From sequence record PV654397.1: a DNA stretch of 64,000 bases; one strand, 5' to 3'. Shown here piece by piece: positions 38,969 to 48,087 of the stretch; position 1 is the stretch's first letter; the number at the start of each line of letters is the position of its first letter. The notes beneath the pieces were generated by a model. It had not been told where the DNA came from, did not search any database, and saw only the letters and a program-made list of their open reading frames with translations. Made by a program: the position numbers and the translations under genes.

Positions 38969-39243
38969 CGATCAGTACACCTCAGTGGTTGGGTCATTTG
39001 ATGAAAGTACAGCTTACCTTTGATTTCCAATAGTAACTCAGCAATTAATCGATTTACTTCTGGCTCTTGATAGTTTGTTCCCAATAATACACCCATCTTT
39101 AACTCACGCATCATAATCATTTTCTTACTGTGTTGAATTTTTTGGTTGTGATAGATTGTATTACGTTTGTGCGTAATTTTTGTCATACGCTCGGTATATT
39201 CATCTTTACTTAAATTGATCATTTGCATGTTCATCAACCTCAC
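38965..39243 (-). CDS. Family B protein
   Basis: LLGTNYQEPEVNRLI. Confidence 0.75.
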   Translation of the reverse strand: MRLMNMQMINLSKDEYTERMTKITHKRNTIYHNQKIQHSKKMIMMRELKMGVLLGTNYQEPEVNRLIAELLLEIKGKLYFHQMTQPLRCTDR

Positions 39244-39454
39244 ATTTATTTTCGATACAAATCATGAGTTCTCTAAGATAGTTTTTTATCTTACCTTCCT
39301 GATGGTTCGTCCCCAGGAAGTTGCATAACTCTGCTTCTATTATTTTGATTCTTCTGGTGTCAGGTTTCAATCTTTTGTTATTGAAGATTTGAATCCTTAT
39401 ATCCCTTGATGCATTTAAACGTTTTTGATATTCATGGAAAGATAAATTAATCAT
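39206..39454 (-). CDS. Family B protein
   Basis: FLGTNHQEGKIKNYL. Confidence 0.75.
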   Translation of the reverse strand: MINLSFHEYQKRLNASRDIRIQIFNNKRLKPDTRRIKIIEAELCNFLGTNHQEGKIKNYLRELMICIENKCEVDEHANDQFK

Positions 39455-39669
39455 TTACTTTGTATCTCTCTCTTGAGGGCATCAATTAACAACAGTACAG
39501 CATTCTCTTGATAGTTTGTTCCTAAGACTGAAAGCATCTTAATCTCATTTACTACAATCAACTTCTTTGAGCGTTCAATAATGTTACTATTATAAACGGC
39601 GTTACGTGCTGGATAAGTTTTTGCAAGACGTTCATAATATTCATCTTTACTTAAATTAATCATTTGCAT
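39451..39669 (-). CDS. Family B protein
   Basis: VLGTNYQENAVLLLI. Confidence 0.75.
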   Translation of the reverse strand: MQMINLSKDEYYERLAKTYPARNAVYNSNIIERSKKLIVVNEIKMLSVLGTNYQENAVLLLIDALKREIQSK

Positions 39670-39878
39670 TTACTTTTGACCTCCTTGACTAATGCATCAA
39701 CCCACATGTCTATATACATTTGTTGATAGTTTGTCCCTATGAGTGCCCCTGCATAGAGTTCAGCTATCATTGCATGTTTTAGGTTGGCAGGGATGCTCTT
39801 ATCAGATTGAATCTTTACTCTTCTGTTGGCACATGTTTTCAGGAGTCTGATGTATTCAAAGCCTTGTAATTTTCTCAT
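39660..39878 (-). CDS. Family B protein
   Basis: LIGTNYQQMYIDMWV. Confidence 0.75.
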   Translation of the reverse strand: MRKLQGFEYIRLLKTCANRRVKIQSDKSIPANLKHAMIAELYAGALIGTNYQQMYIDMWVDALVKEVKSKCK

Positions 39879-40090
39879 TCTTTTGATATCACCTTGTTAC
39901 GTAAGGCACTTAACAATACGTCAGTGTAGATGTTTTGATAGTTTGTTCCTACGAAAGCACCCAACTTCATTTCAGCTATTATAACACATTTATCCTCTTG
40001 TGCAATAGACTTGTCTAAAGAAATACTAACAACTTTCCTTCTTATAGCTTGTAACCTCCAATGATACTGATACTCATTTAGGGTTATCAT
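39875..40090 (-). CDS. Family B protein
   Basis: FVGTNYQNIYTDVLL. Confidence 0.75.
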   Translation of the reverse strand: MITLNEYQYHWRLQAIRRKVVSISLDKSIAQEDKCVIIAEMKLGAFVGTNYQNIYTDVLLSALRNKVISKE

Positions 40091-40325
40091 TCTCTCGCCT
40101 CCATATCTCGGTTCTAATGTGTTGACATTGTGCTTCGATGAACATATCTATTGATTTGGCAATTGCGTTTTTATCTGTGCCAGTCATCAGTACAAGCATC
40201 TCGGCCTCACAGTGAAGTAAACGCATGATATCATAGGGTAATATTCCAGATACCGTGTCATAGTGTTTCTGTGCCAGTGTCTGTAATAGTTTACAATACA
40301 TTTTGTGATTTAGTCTGTGTCGCAT
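40074..40325 (-). CDS. Family B protein (degenerate)
   Basis: MTGTDKNAIAKSIDMFI. Confidence 0.7.
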   Translation of the reverse strand: MRHRLNHKMYCKLLQTLAQKHYDTVSGILPYDIMRLLHCEAEMLVLMTGTDKNAIAKSIDMFIEAQCQHIRTEIWRRENDNPK

Positions 40326-40582
40326 TTTTTATTCCATTCTTTTTTGGCCTTGATGGTTTTATATTGGATTTGGTTTCTTAATGCTGATAAGTATCGTTGA
40401 ATGAACAGATCTTGATAGTTTGTTCCAATGAATTTCATAAGATAAAGTTCACCGTTGATAACATCCACTTCAGGTGCACCATATAAGGCATTGTTTTTTC
40501 TAAGGGCATGGATTAAAGAGAATAGGGCAGTTTGATACTCAACTCCTGATAAAGTCTTCATGTTTTGTGAGCCAATAATCAT
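40310..40582 (-). CDS. Family B protein
   Basis: FIGTNYQDLFIQRYL. Confidence 0.75.
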   Translation of the reverse strand: MIIGSQNMKTLSGVEYQTALFSLIHALRKNNALYGAPEVDVINGELYLMKFIGTNYQDLFIQRYLSALRNQIQYKTIKAKKEWNKKCDTD

Positions 40583-40796
40583 CTAGTTTATCCTGTATAA
40601 CATTCATTAATTGTTCGACATATTCTGTGCAAAACTTATCTTGATATTGAGTCCCCATAAAGTACAGCAACCATAGCTCATTAACTTTAGCTCGCATTTG
40701 GTTCCATGTAAGGCTGGGGTCATCGTAGACTATCCTTGCTATAGGGGTTAGTTTACGGACTATAGTTTCATATTCATCTAGTGTTAAGTGTTTCAT
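40539..40796 (-). CDS. Family B protein
   Basis: FMGTQYQDKFCTEYV. Confidence 0.75.
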   Translation of the reverse strand: MKHLTLDEYETIVRKLTPIARIVYDDPSLTWNQMRAKVNELWLLYFMGTQYQDKFCTEYVEQLMNVIQDKLDDYWLTKHEDFIRS

Positions 40797-41017
40797 TTAC
40801 CTAAATCCCTGACATGACATTTTAAGGCCGTGATGTGGTTGTCAACCATAACCTCCTGATAGTTTGTTCCTACAAATGGTATTAATGTTGAGTCTGTTAG
40901 TATAACATACTTTTCATTGGATGTTAGTGATTCATCATCGTAAACTTGAAGTCTAAAGTTCTTCCCTTGTTCTAATCGTTTAAGATATTCTTGGGTGTTT
41001 ATGTCTTTCATTTGCAT
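40793..41017 (-). CDS. Family B protein
   Basis: FVGTNYQEVMVDNHI. Confidence 0.75.
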   Translation of the reverse strand: MQMKDINTQEYLKRLEQGKNFRLQVYDDESLTSNEKYVILTDSTLIPFVGTNYQEVMVDNHITALKCHVRDLGK

Positions 41018-41226
41018 TTGTCCCTTATTAGATCAGTGAGGGCAACTATGTGTGCAACAACATACTCTTCCTGAAAGTTCGTCCCCAGTACAGCCATCAT
41101 GCGTATATCGGTGGTGTTTATCCTGTGTTCCCTTACACATAAACCTTCTGTGTGAGGAAGTGTAAAATATTTGTTTATTGCAGCAATGATAATTTTATTC
41201 TTCTCGTAATTACTTAAATGTTTCAT
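41008..41226 (-). CDS. Family B protein
   Basis: VLGTNFQEEYVVAHI. Confidence 0.75.
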   Translation of the reverse strand: MKHLSNYEKNKIIIAAINKYFTLPHTEGLCVREHRINTTDIRMMAVLGTNFQEEYVVAHIVALTDLIRDKCK

Positions 41227-41435
41227 AGTTTGCTCTTAATGTATTTCTGGAGTGCAATTATATACTCATTCAAGAAGTGCTCCTGATAATCTGTGCCGAG
41301 GAATGCACCCAATAGTATATCATTTTCCAATACTAATGCTAAGTTCAAATCATCAGTCTCTTCATATACTATGAGAATTTCAAGTTGTCTTGCAGCGACG
41401 CGTTCGGTATATAGATTTGAGTTAATGCTATTCAT
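41223..41435 (-). CDS. Family B protein
   Basis: FLGTDYQEHFLNEYI. Confidence 0.75.
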   Translation of the reverse strand: MNSINSNLYTERVAARQLEILIVYEETDDLNLALVLENDILLGAFLGTDYQEHFLNEYIIALQKYIKSKL

Positions 41436-41644
41436 AGTTTACTCTTAATGTAATTCTGGAGTGCAATTAAGTATTCCCCTACATAATACACCTGAAAGTC
41501 TGTATCCAAAAATGCACCCATAAGTAAATCTTTTTCTAATACCCTTGATAAGTTAAGGTCTGCATTTGAATTGTATATAATTAAGATTTTATTCTGGACA
41601 GAAACAAAACGTATCTTATATTCTTCTGGTGTTAAAAAAATCAT
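41432..41644 (-). CDS. Family B protein
   Basis: FLDTDFQVYYVGEYL. Confidence 0.75.
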   Translation of the reverse strand: MIFLTPEEYKIRFVSVQNKILIIYNSNADLNLSRVLEKDLLMGAFLDTDFQVYYVGEYLIALQNYIKSKL

Positions 41645-41850
41645 AGTTTACTCTTAATATCTTCTATTAAAAAATGAATCCAATCGTCAACATACTCTTC
41701 CTGATGGTTTGTGTTCAGTACAGCCAACATGCGGATCTCTGCTCTTGCAACTTGGATTTCAGTTTTAGAAAGGTCTTTGCTGATATCAAACATTAAGTCC
41801 ATGTATTTCAAGATAAGACCGAATGATTGGGTTCGTGTTATAGTTTTCAT
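41641..41850 (-). CDS. Family B protein
   Basis: VLNTNHQEEYVDDWI. Confidence 0.75.
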   Translation of the reverse strand: MKTITRTQSFGLILKYMDLMFDISKDLSKTEIQVARAEIRMLAVLNTNHQEEYVDDWIHFLIEDIKSKL

Positions 41851-42047
41851 TGTTTCCTCGTGGACAATATTTCATTTTTCAATGCATCCATATATTGAAT
41901 CACCCATCTTCCCTGATAGCTTGTACCCAATGTAATCAAAAGGTATAACTCAATTCGTTCTAAGTTTGTGTCTGTGTTATAAATCTTTACCATGTTTTTA
42001 CGTAACAGTTCTTGATAATCTTCTTTATTTAAAATACGCATTTTCAT
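41847..42047 (-). CDS. Family B protein
   Basis: TLGTSYQGRWVIQYM. Confidence 0.75.
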   Translation of the reverse strand: MKMRILNKEDYQELLRKNMVKIYNTDTNLERIELYLLITLGTSYQGRWVIQYMDALKNEILSTRKQ

Positions 42048-42241
42048 AGTCTACCTTTTATGTCCCTTCGTAATTCTTGTAAGTATAGTTCGATATACTT
42101 TTCTTGATAGTTAGTTCCTATGAAAAGTTTCATAACCAATTCACGCTTATATGCAATACCACGGATATGTGACATATGTAGGATATATGCCATGTTGGAT
42201 ATGAGTGTGTGGTTGTGCTCTTCTTGAGTTAAAATACGCAT
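42044..42241 (-). CDS. Family B protein
   Basis: FIGTNYQEKYIELYL. Confidence 0.75.
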   Translation of the reverse strand: MRILTQEEHNHTLISNMAYILHMSHIRGIAYKRELVMKLFIGTNYQEKYIELYLQELRRDIKGRL

Positions 42242-42381
42242 AGGGACTCCATTAAAAATAATATCAATCCAATAATATACGATTCATATAAAAAGTCAAT
42301 AACATTTTATAAGTAATACCCCTTTATCGAAGTCGCTAAGGTTACCCGCCCTTTAGCCCCCTACGCATTTTGCCATAGTCC

Positions 42382-42466
42382 AATCCCTTTTTATTCATAA
42401 AAGTCAAGGGATTACCTATGCATTTTTTTAACGCTGAAGTTTAAAAATGCCTTGACTTTTTTATGA
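42382..42466. repeat. Nested imperfect inverted repeats at the compositional boundary
   Basis: TCATAAAAGTCAAGG (42395-42409) vs CCTTGACTTTTTTATGA (42450-42466); inner GCATTTTT..AA/TTAAAAATGC; alternative AATCCCTT/AAGGGATT. Confidence 0.6.
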
Positions 42467-42490
42467 TTCAGTACTAAATCCCTTTACGCA

Positions 42491-42700
42491 TTAATCCTTC
42501 GTTACGCTTACGATTATCTGTGTATCCCCATAGTCCTGCCATACTTCCACGCCAGCCGTCGCCCTGGTTAGTCGTGCTGTCATCTGCTTAATGGTCTTAG
42601 GCTTTAGTGGAACCTGTTGCAGTACTGTACGCATAGTATCATCGACGTTATCGTGTACGCCTGCAATAGTGCCTAGGACGCTGTATACTGTATAGAACAT
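42491..42700 (-). CDS. Early-region hypothetical protein
   Basis: ORF with GGAGG RBS. Confidence 0.7.
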   Translation of the reverse strand: MFYTVYSVLGTIAGVHDNVDDTMRTVLQQVPLKPKTIKQMTARLTRATAGVEVWQDYGDTQIIVSVTKD

Positions 42701-42768
42701 ATGTATGCCCTCCTGATATAGTTAAGGCCGCTACAAGGCGGCCTATGATGTTTGGTGATGTGTAACGC

Positions 42769-43170
42769 TTACAGTCCTAAGATAGTGCGTGCTTCGTTAC
42801 GTTCCGTGCACAGCTGCATGATGTGAGCAAGTAAGTCCTTGCTAATGTATCCGGTGTTCATAGCTTCACGAATAGATACATCATAAGCACCGAACCCCGT
42901 GCGAACGATACGCACATCATTCAGGTTAGTATTATAGATACCGCCGAGATCAACGGCTTCGAATACTACATCAACAGAATATTCATTGTTGCCATCGTGG
43001 AAGTTTTCCAGTGCAATAGTATTGGATACCGCCCAACGTTTGCAGTTTCCAATGATGCGGCACTGTTCCGGTTGGATAGTGCCATTACTTACAGCGTACT
43101 CCAGTGCATCTTTACCAAAAGTCCGAGCCAGTACTAAAACGTCAGCGAAGGAAGTGATTGAGAAGGTCAT
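42769..43170 (-). CDS. Early-region hypothetical protein
   Basis: Start trimmed to MTFSI after the cassette RBS. Confidence 0.75.
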   Translation of the reverse strand: MTFSITSFADVLVLARTFGKDALEYAVSNGTIQPEQCRIIGNCKRWAVSNTIALENFHDGNNEYSVDVVFEAVDLGGIYNTNLNDVRIVRTGFGAYDVSIREAMNTGYISKDLLAHIMQLCTERNEARTILGL

Positions 43171-43255
43171 GATAAAACTCCTTAATTTAGGAGGGAGAAC
43201 CATTTCCCCCTCTCTATGTAAAACATTATACATGAATCTAAGTACTATGCAAGTA

Positions 43256-43591
43256 CTATTTCATTTTAATACCTGGATTCAGGTAACGGTGAGAGCCGTA
43301 TTCTGGAGAGGTTTCGGTCCAGTACAGTAAATCGATAGTCCCTTTAGCGTTAATCTTATCTACCAGCTTATTCATCTTAGCGTATACTACATCAGCATCG
43401 ATGCGTTTAAAGCCAGTAGCTTTAGTGAAGTAGTAATGATTTACTTCGCTATCGTTAAGGATATACCGAGAACCGTCAGCCGTTTGTGCGACAATGAATG
43501 AGAATGATACTTTACGATCAAGGCCGTCGCAGTATACAGATGAATCATTGGTACGGATGAAAGCTTTAACGATATCGATTGAAGTACTCAT
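43256..43591 (-). CDS. Early-region hypothetical protein
   Basis: ORF with own promoter and RBS. Confidence 0.75.
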   Translation of the reverse strand: MSTSIDIVKAFIRTNDSSVYCDGLDRKVSFSFIVAQTADGSRYILNDSEVNHYYFTKATGFKRIDADVVYAKMNKLVDKINAKGTIDLLYWTETSPEYGSHRYLNPGIKMK

Positions 43592-43752
43592 GGTGAATCT
43601 CCTAACTTTGTGGGCCGTCGCACCGTTGCCGCCCTACGAGATACATTATTGCAGTACTGATATACTTTGTCAATACTTTTTTATTAATAGTTTTAGTTCC
43701 ACCAGCAGATAGTTACTCACCGTTATTAACTATATATTTTGGATACACCTAT

Positions 43753-43814
43753 GCACCCTGTGGGCTAGTTTTTGTCTATGCGTATATAATAGCAAAGGGA
43801 CTGACCGGAGTCAA
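43753..43814 (-). ncRNA. ORF-less promoter + CTAGCCCACAGGGTGC element (copy 1), candidate sRNA
   Basis: TTGACT-N17-TATTAT with the -35 inside a terminator hairpin; motif at 43753-43768. Confidence 0.45.
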
Positions 43815-43826
43815 TCCCTTTTTTTA
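43795..43826. terminator. Repeated terminator hairpin GGGACTGAC-CGGA-GTCAATCCC (also at about 46055, 49334 and a variant at 53352)
   Basis: 9-bp stem with T-runs; identical copies directly after minus-strand gene stops. Confidence 0.75.
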
Positions 43827-43837
43827 TTCTTTTTTTG

Positions 43838-44038
43838 TTAGATGATTCTCCAATCATCAACGATCATGGTAAGATACCGAACCAGTGATTCGAGTGATTC
43901 GTGTTCTCGATAGTCTGCCGCTCCACCAGCGGTACAAGTACAGCCGATTAAGCCGTTTTGTAGTTCCTGGATCTTTACGTCGATCTGGTTGGCTTTAGCT
44001 TCTTTCAGTACTTCAACCAGGGCGATAGCGATAGACAT
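43838..44038 (-). CDS. Early-region hypothetical protein
   Basis: Cassette-driven ORF. Confidence 0.7.
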   Translation of the reverse strand: MSIAIALVEVLKEAKANQIDVKIQELQNGLIGCTCTAGGAADYREHESLESLVRYLTMIVDDWRII

Positions 44039-44128
44039 AATGTTTTACTCCAAACTATTGGCGGGAGAACTATTCCCCCGCTCTATGTAAAACATTATAC
44101 ATTACTGGTTAGTACTGTCAAATAGTTT

Positions 44129-44386
44129 TTATGAAATATCTTCGATGTAGTCGGCCCATTTCATTTTTTCAGTACTGTCAATGGCTACCGGATTATTTGG
44201 ATCAAACCATTCACCATCACCGCAATACATACCCACGGCTACGGTTTTATAGCCATCCTGGGCCGTACACCACGACATTGCACGATAGATATGGCCTTTA
44301 ACTGGTTGCAGTACTGGTAACGTTTTATGGTCTTCTACGTAGGCCATAGCTTGAGGATTTACCCGATATTGTGTGAACTGATCCAT
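44129..44386 (-). CDS. Early-region hypothetical protein
   Basis: Cassette-driven ORF. Confidence 0.7.
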   Translation of the reverse strand: MDQFTQYRVNPQAMAYVEDHKTLPVLQPVKGHIYRAMSWCTAQDGYKTVAVGMYCGDGEWFDPNNPVAIDSTEKMKWADYIEDIS

Positions 44387-44462
44387 TATGTTTCCCCTTG
44401 TAGTTAGTAAAGTTATTACATCAGTACTATCAAGCTATGTCAATAGTACTGAAATAAAACTT

Positions 44463-44687
44463 TTAGATTAGATTATTGAGGCCGTCAATGGTAGACTCAC
44501 TTTCTTCTTTCTCCCATTGTCGGTAGTACTTCCATGCTTCATGATAGGTGGCGATTAGTTCATCTTTTTGATCCTGGTTACATGCCAGTACTGAATCACG
44601 GTGAGCGGTGTTATAGATAGAATCGAATGATTTCTTCTCTTCTGCCAGGTTAGCTACTTCCCGCATCAGTTCATCAAAGTTAGCCAT
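44463..44687 (-). CDS. Early-region hypothetical protein
   Basis: Cassette-driven ORF. Confidence 0.7.
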   Translation of the reverse strand: MANFDELMREVANLAEEKKSFDSIYNTAHRDSVLACNQDQKDELIATYHEAWKYYRQWEKEESESTIDGLNNLI

Positions 44688-44754
44688 TTTATTACTCCTT
44701 TTAGTGGGGGAGGATATCTCCCCCTATGCAAAACATTATACTTTGTTTTAGTTA

Positions 44755-45018
44755 TTATGCAAGTACTTTTTTCATATAAACATTAAATTCTACACCGCCG
44801 TAACCTTCCACGATGATATGTTTTGCGTTATCACGTTTGCACATAGTGAAACCGTTGTTGATATGTTCTGCATTTTCCAGGGCGACATCACCGATAGCGG
44901 CACATACGGCACTAATAACAGTATTCCGCAAAGTACTGGTATCATTGGCGGTCATAGTAGTTTGCAGTACTACGTTGTCGTATACGTGTGCATTGATAGT
45001 GATTTCGATAGTGTTCAT
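44755..45018 (-). CDS. Early-region hypothetical protein
   Basis: Start trimmed to MNTIEI. Confidence 0.7.
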   Translation of the reverse strand: MNTIEITINAHVYDNVVLQTTMTANDTSTLRNTVISAVCAAIGDVALENAEHINNGFTMCKRDNAKHIIVEGYGGVEFNVYMKKVLA

Positions 45019-45105
45019 GGTGTATCTCCTGGACTTGAGGGGAAACCATTTCCCCCTCTCGATATAAAACATTATACGTTAATCTAACTACAATGCAAGT
45101 ACTTT

Positions 45106-45297
45106 TTAAATTTTATTTCCGATATAGTCCGGTCTATTCTTTTCGGTCATACGCTTTGCTAATGTCTGCATATGGCTTATAGCGTTCAAGGTGTCTTCCT
45201 CCAGGGATGAATCAAGATAATCAGGATCATTCTTCACCTTGCAATGATTATGATATCGTAGTACTGCCAGTACTTTTTTAACTTCTTCTACTGTCAT
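45106..45297 (-). CDS. Early-region hypothetical protein
   Basis: Coupled to the upstream ORF. Confidence 0.65.
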   Translation of the reverse strand: MTVEEVKKVLAVLRYHNHCKVKNDPDYLDSSLEEDTLNAISHMQTLAKRMTEKNRPDYIGNKI

Positions 45298-45566
45298 AAT
45301 AAGTACCCCACTTCGTTAGCTTTCAGGTTAGTATCAATCATCAGTGGATTTTTGTAGTTCACAAAACGATTAGTTTTTTCGATAGCAAATCCCATATAAT
45401 CCAGCTTACTAACAGTACATTCATTCTTAAAAACTTCTTTCGCTGCATCGATTGCTGATTGCATGGATAACCGACCATCTAAATTAATGTTTCCAAATGA
45501 TCCACCAGCAGAAGTAGGATTACCGTTCATATCTTTAATGATCATAGTAGCGGAGTAGCTAGACAT
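45294..45566 (-). CDS. Early-region hypothetical protein
   Basis: Cassette-driven ORF. Confidence 0.7.
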   Translation of the reverse strand: MSSYSATMIIKDMNGNPTSAGGSFGNINLDGRLSMQSAIDAAKEVFKNECTVSKLDYMGFAIEKTNRFVNYKNPLMIDTNLKANEVGYLL

Positions 45567-45650
45567 AATTTTGTTTCCTTTTAGTATCGGGGAGAACTAT
45601 TCTCCCCTTGATGTAAACTATTATACAGTACTGGTATACTTTGTCAATAC

Positions 45651-45872
45651 TTAATTACGGTTAAAATGATATGTGCCTTTATCATCCTGTACGCCCCATA
45701 CTGATTTACCATCAACACCAGTGAAGCCGGATTGTAATTCAATATGGAAACCATTATTATCAACTACAAAAACTTTTTTATTTTCATCCCGATAACATTG
45801 ATATTCTGAATCAACATTAAAGGCCGCATCATTCAGTAGATTGGAAGCGTAAATGCAAGTCATTGTAGTCAT
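45651..45872 (-). CDS. Early-region hypothetical protein
   Basis: Cassette-driven ORF. Confidence 0.7.
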   Translation of the reverse strand: MTTMTCIYASNLLNDAAFNVDSEYQCYRDENKKVFVVDNNGFHIELQSGFTGVDGKSVWGVQDDKGTYHFNRN

Positions 45873-46007
45873 GATTTTATTCCTTATTGCCAGGGAGAAC
45901 CGTTCCCCCTCTCGATATAAAACATTATACTTGATTCTAAGTACAATGCAAGTACTTTTTAAAAAATAGTTTTCAGTACTGAATACTTATATAATAGATA
46001 CACTTCC

Positions 46008-46074
46008 GCACCCTATGGGTCAGTGAGTTATCTCTCAATGGATATATAATAGCAAAGGGACTGACCGGAGTCAA
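46008..46074 (-). ncRNA. ORF-less promoter + CCCATAGGGTGC element (copy 2)
   Basis: Same architecture as copy 1. Confidence 0.45.
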
Positions 46075-46092
46075 TCCCTTTTTTAATCTTTT

Positions 46093-46677
46093 TTATCGTG
46101 TTACCTTACTTGCTGCCACATCACGCTTTTTATAGTACTGATTCCAGATATTGCTGGTTAAACCGTAATCAAGTACTTTAATAAGTCCATTACGATCCTG
46201 GCCGATATTCTGTTTTCTGATATCTCTTATCGTTAGTGTTGATAATGTATCATCAACGTGTTGTAGTGCATCAGCAAAGCGGTGCTGGCGTTCGATTGCA
46301 TTACGTTTAATATTGTACTTTAATTCATTGCACGCGTTTACGTGCTTCACACTGCCTTTGCTTGCAGTACTCAACCGATCCATAACGATAAACATATTAT
46401 CAGGATCGCATAAATGCATATGCACCTTTGCAAAGTACTGTTTCAACTGAGGGCGGTCATAGTCTAAAAAATTCCATACCTTACATTCAGTTTCATTTTG
46501 TTCTACACCCGCATCACAATTCGCGACCTTAATCACTAACCGATCATTTAAAGCGAATACTATACGGGAAGAACCAGCACCGATGATCTCCAGGCCAGCT
46601 AACCGACAAGCTGAAAGGATCTCTTTGTTGGTTTCCATTTCTGACAGTGTACGGATGAATTTAGTATAATTACGCAT
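46093..46677 (-). CDS. Ser/Thr protein kinase-like protein
   Basis: IGAGSSRIV glycine loop, VIKVA, QNETE helix C, FIVMDRL hinge, DIRKQNIG catalytic loop, VLDYG. Confidence 0.85.
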   Translation of the reverse strand: MRNYTKFIRTLSEMETNKEILSACRLAGLEIIGAGSSRIVFALNDRLVIKVANCDAGVEQNETECKVWNFLDYDRPQLKQYFAKVHMHLCDPDNMFIVMDRLSTASKGSVKHVNACNELKYNIKRNAIERQHRFADALQHVDDTLSTLTIRDIRKQNIGQDRNGLIKVLDYGLTSNIWNQYYKKRDVAASKVTR

Positions 46678-46708
46678 TGCATGTTCTCCTTGAGTTAATG
46701 AAACTATA

Positions 46709-46951
46709 TTACAGTACTTTACTATCAATGGCAACTACTTTTTTAACATTAACGGCGTGGATCACTTCCTTCGTGTTTTTAGTACTGAATACTTTCGCCG
46801 CTCCTTGTTCGACCGTGATACGATAGCGACCATTAACATCAACCATATTAATAAAGTCCGGCGTGCTGAATGGTGTTGTTTTACATTTGAGTACTGTTAA
46901 CAGTTCCACCAGCGATGTAGTTTCTTTGATACGTTTTTCTAAAGTAATCAT
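46709..46951 (-). CDS. Early-region hypothetical protein
   Basis: Start trimmed to MITLE; upstream module duplicated at 47227-47284. Confidence 0.7.
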   Translation of the reverse strand: MITLEKRIKETTSLVELLTVLKCKTTPFSTPDFINMVDVNGRYRITVEQGAAKVFSTKNTKEVIHAVNVKKVVAIDSKVL

Positions 46952-47008
46952 TTTGTTTCCCCCGTGTTGGTATGTACATATAGTACTAAAACATTTGAGT
47001 ACTGTCAA

Positions 47009-47227
47009 TTAGATAATATTATATTTCTTAAAATAAAATGCGTCTTGTGTTGGTTGATACTCGATACCGTTACCGTTATTGACTTCAACTAATAAACCTT
47101 TGTCAATTAGTTTTTTAATAGTACGATACCCTTGTTGAAAATTGGTAAAATGTGAATCATTACGAAAGGTATAACCGTGCTTAACTGCTTCATCAATAGT
47201 TTTCTTTTCGATTTTAGATAATTTCAT
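47009..47227 (-). CDS. Early-region hypothetical protein (possible winged-helix-like)
   Basis: Start trimmed to MKLSK; TIKKLIDKGLLVEV. Confidence 0.65.
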   Translation of the reverse strand: MKLSKIEKKTIDEAVKHGYTFRNDSHFTNFQQGYRTIKKLIDKGLLVEVNNGNGIEYQPTQDAFYFKKYNII

Positions 47228-47280
47228 TTTGTTTCTCCCGTGTTGGTATGTGTACATAGTACTAAAACAATTGAGTACTG

Positions 47281-47535
47281 TCAACGTGATATTAGTTTTA
47301 TTTTCTTATTGTATTGTTGATGCTCATAAAGGTTTATCTTTCCTGTGTTCTCGATTACTATCCTGTTGTTAGTGTCCACGTCGATTACACGCAGTTTCCC
47401 GTTGCTTAACTTCCTAGGTAATAGGTTACCATTAATAAACTCATTAGCAAGCTGTACGGCCTTTGTGATGATTCTCTGAGGTGCTTTATAGTGTACCCGT
47501 AAGATGTTATCTTTATATAGTTGAACCTTAATCAT
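47281..47535 (-). CDS. Early-region hypothetical protein
   Basis: ORF with RBS. Confidence 0.7.
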   Translation of the reverse strand: MIKVQLYKDNILRVHYKAPQRIITKAVQLANEFINGNLLPRKLSNGKLRVIDVDTNNRIVIENTGKINLYEHQQYNKKIKLISR

Positions 47536-47596
47536 TTTGTTTGTCCTATAAAAAAGGCGGGAACTGATCCCGCCGTGTTGTTAGTACTGCAAGTTA

Positions 47597-48001
47597 TTAG
47601 ATAACCTGGCGGCGTTTACTGTATACTGTTACACGATTACCCTTACGATCATGTCGGATCTCTTTCTGGTTGCGAATCAGTTCACTTGGACGCTTAAGGT
47701 TTGCCAGGTGATCCGCGTGAGTCCATGCGGTGTGGTTTACCTGTACTTTGATATCAGAATCAGCGATAAACTCATCTTGTGCGTCAAGTATTGCCGCCAG
47801 CATATCCGCTCGTTTTAGTTCTGCTGCTGTCAGTACTGGCTCAGGTGAATTCACAATATCAGAGATTTCTTTGAACTGTACGGCCCAGCGTTGACCTTTC
47901 GGTGCTGTCGTTCCCATGTCTTTAAATGCTGCTCCTTCCTCGCGTGCAACAATACGGGCAGCTTCACGGGTAGCGTAGAATTTAGTAATCATGGTATACA
48001 T
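47597..48001 (-). CDS. Early-region protein, paralog of 61283-61549
   Basis: Shared FxATRE.AR..AR..GA.FKDMG..G.RWA and DRKGNRVTVY. Confidence 0.8.
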   Translation of the reverse strand: MYTMITKFYATREAARIVAREEGAAFKDMGTTAPKGQRWAVQFKEISDIVNSPEPVLTAAELKRADMLAAILDAQDEFIADSDIKVQVNHTAWTHADHLANLKRPSELIRNQKEIRHDRKGNRVTVYSKRRQVI

Positions 48002-48087
48002 CCTATTAGTTAAGTTAGTACTACAAGTTAGAGTCTATTATAAAGTACTATCTGGGCAATGTCAAATAGTACTTTAAATGGATTCTA

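Larger units (their letters stand above)
36085..42241 (-). repeat. Tandem paralog array, family B (28 contiguous genes of 65-95 aa)
   Basis: Shared MKxLxxxEY N-terminus and LGT[ND]YQE..[VI]..Y[IL]..L motif; overlapping stop/start codons. Confidence 0.9.

Noticed and set aside
7241-42241. Diversity-generating retroelement as the source of paralog diversity
   Set aside because: No reverse transcriptase and no template/variable repeat pair with adenine-specific differences was seen
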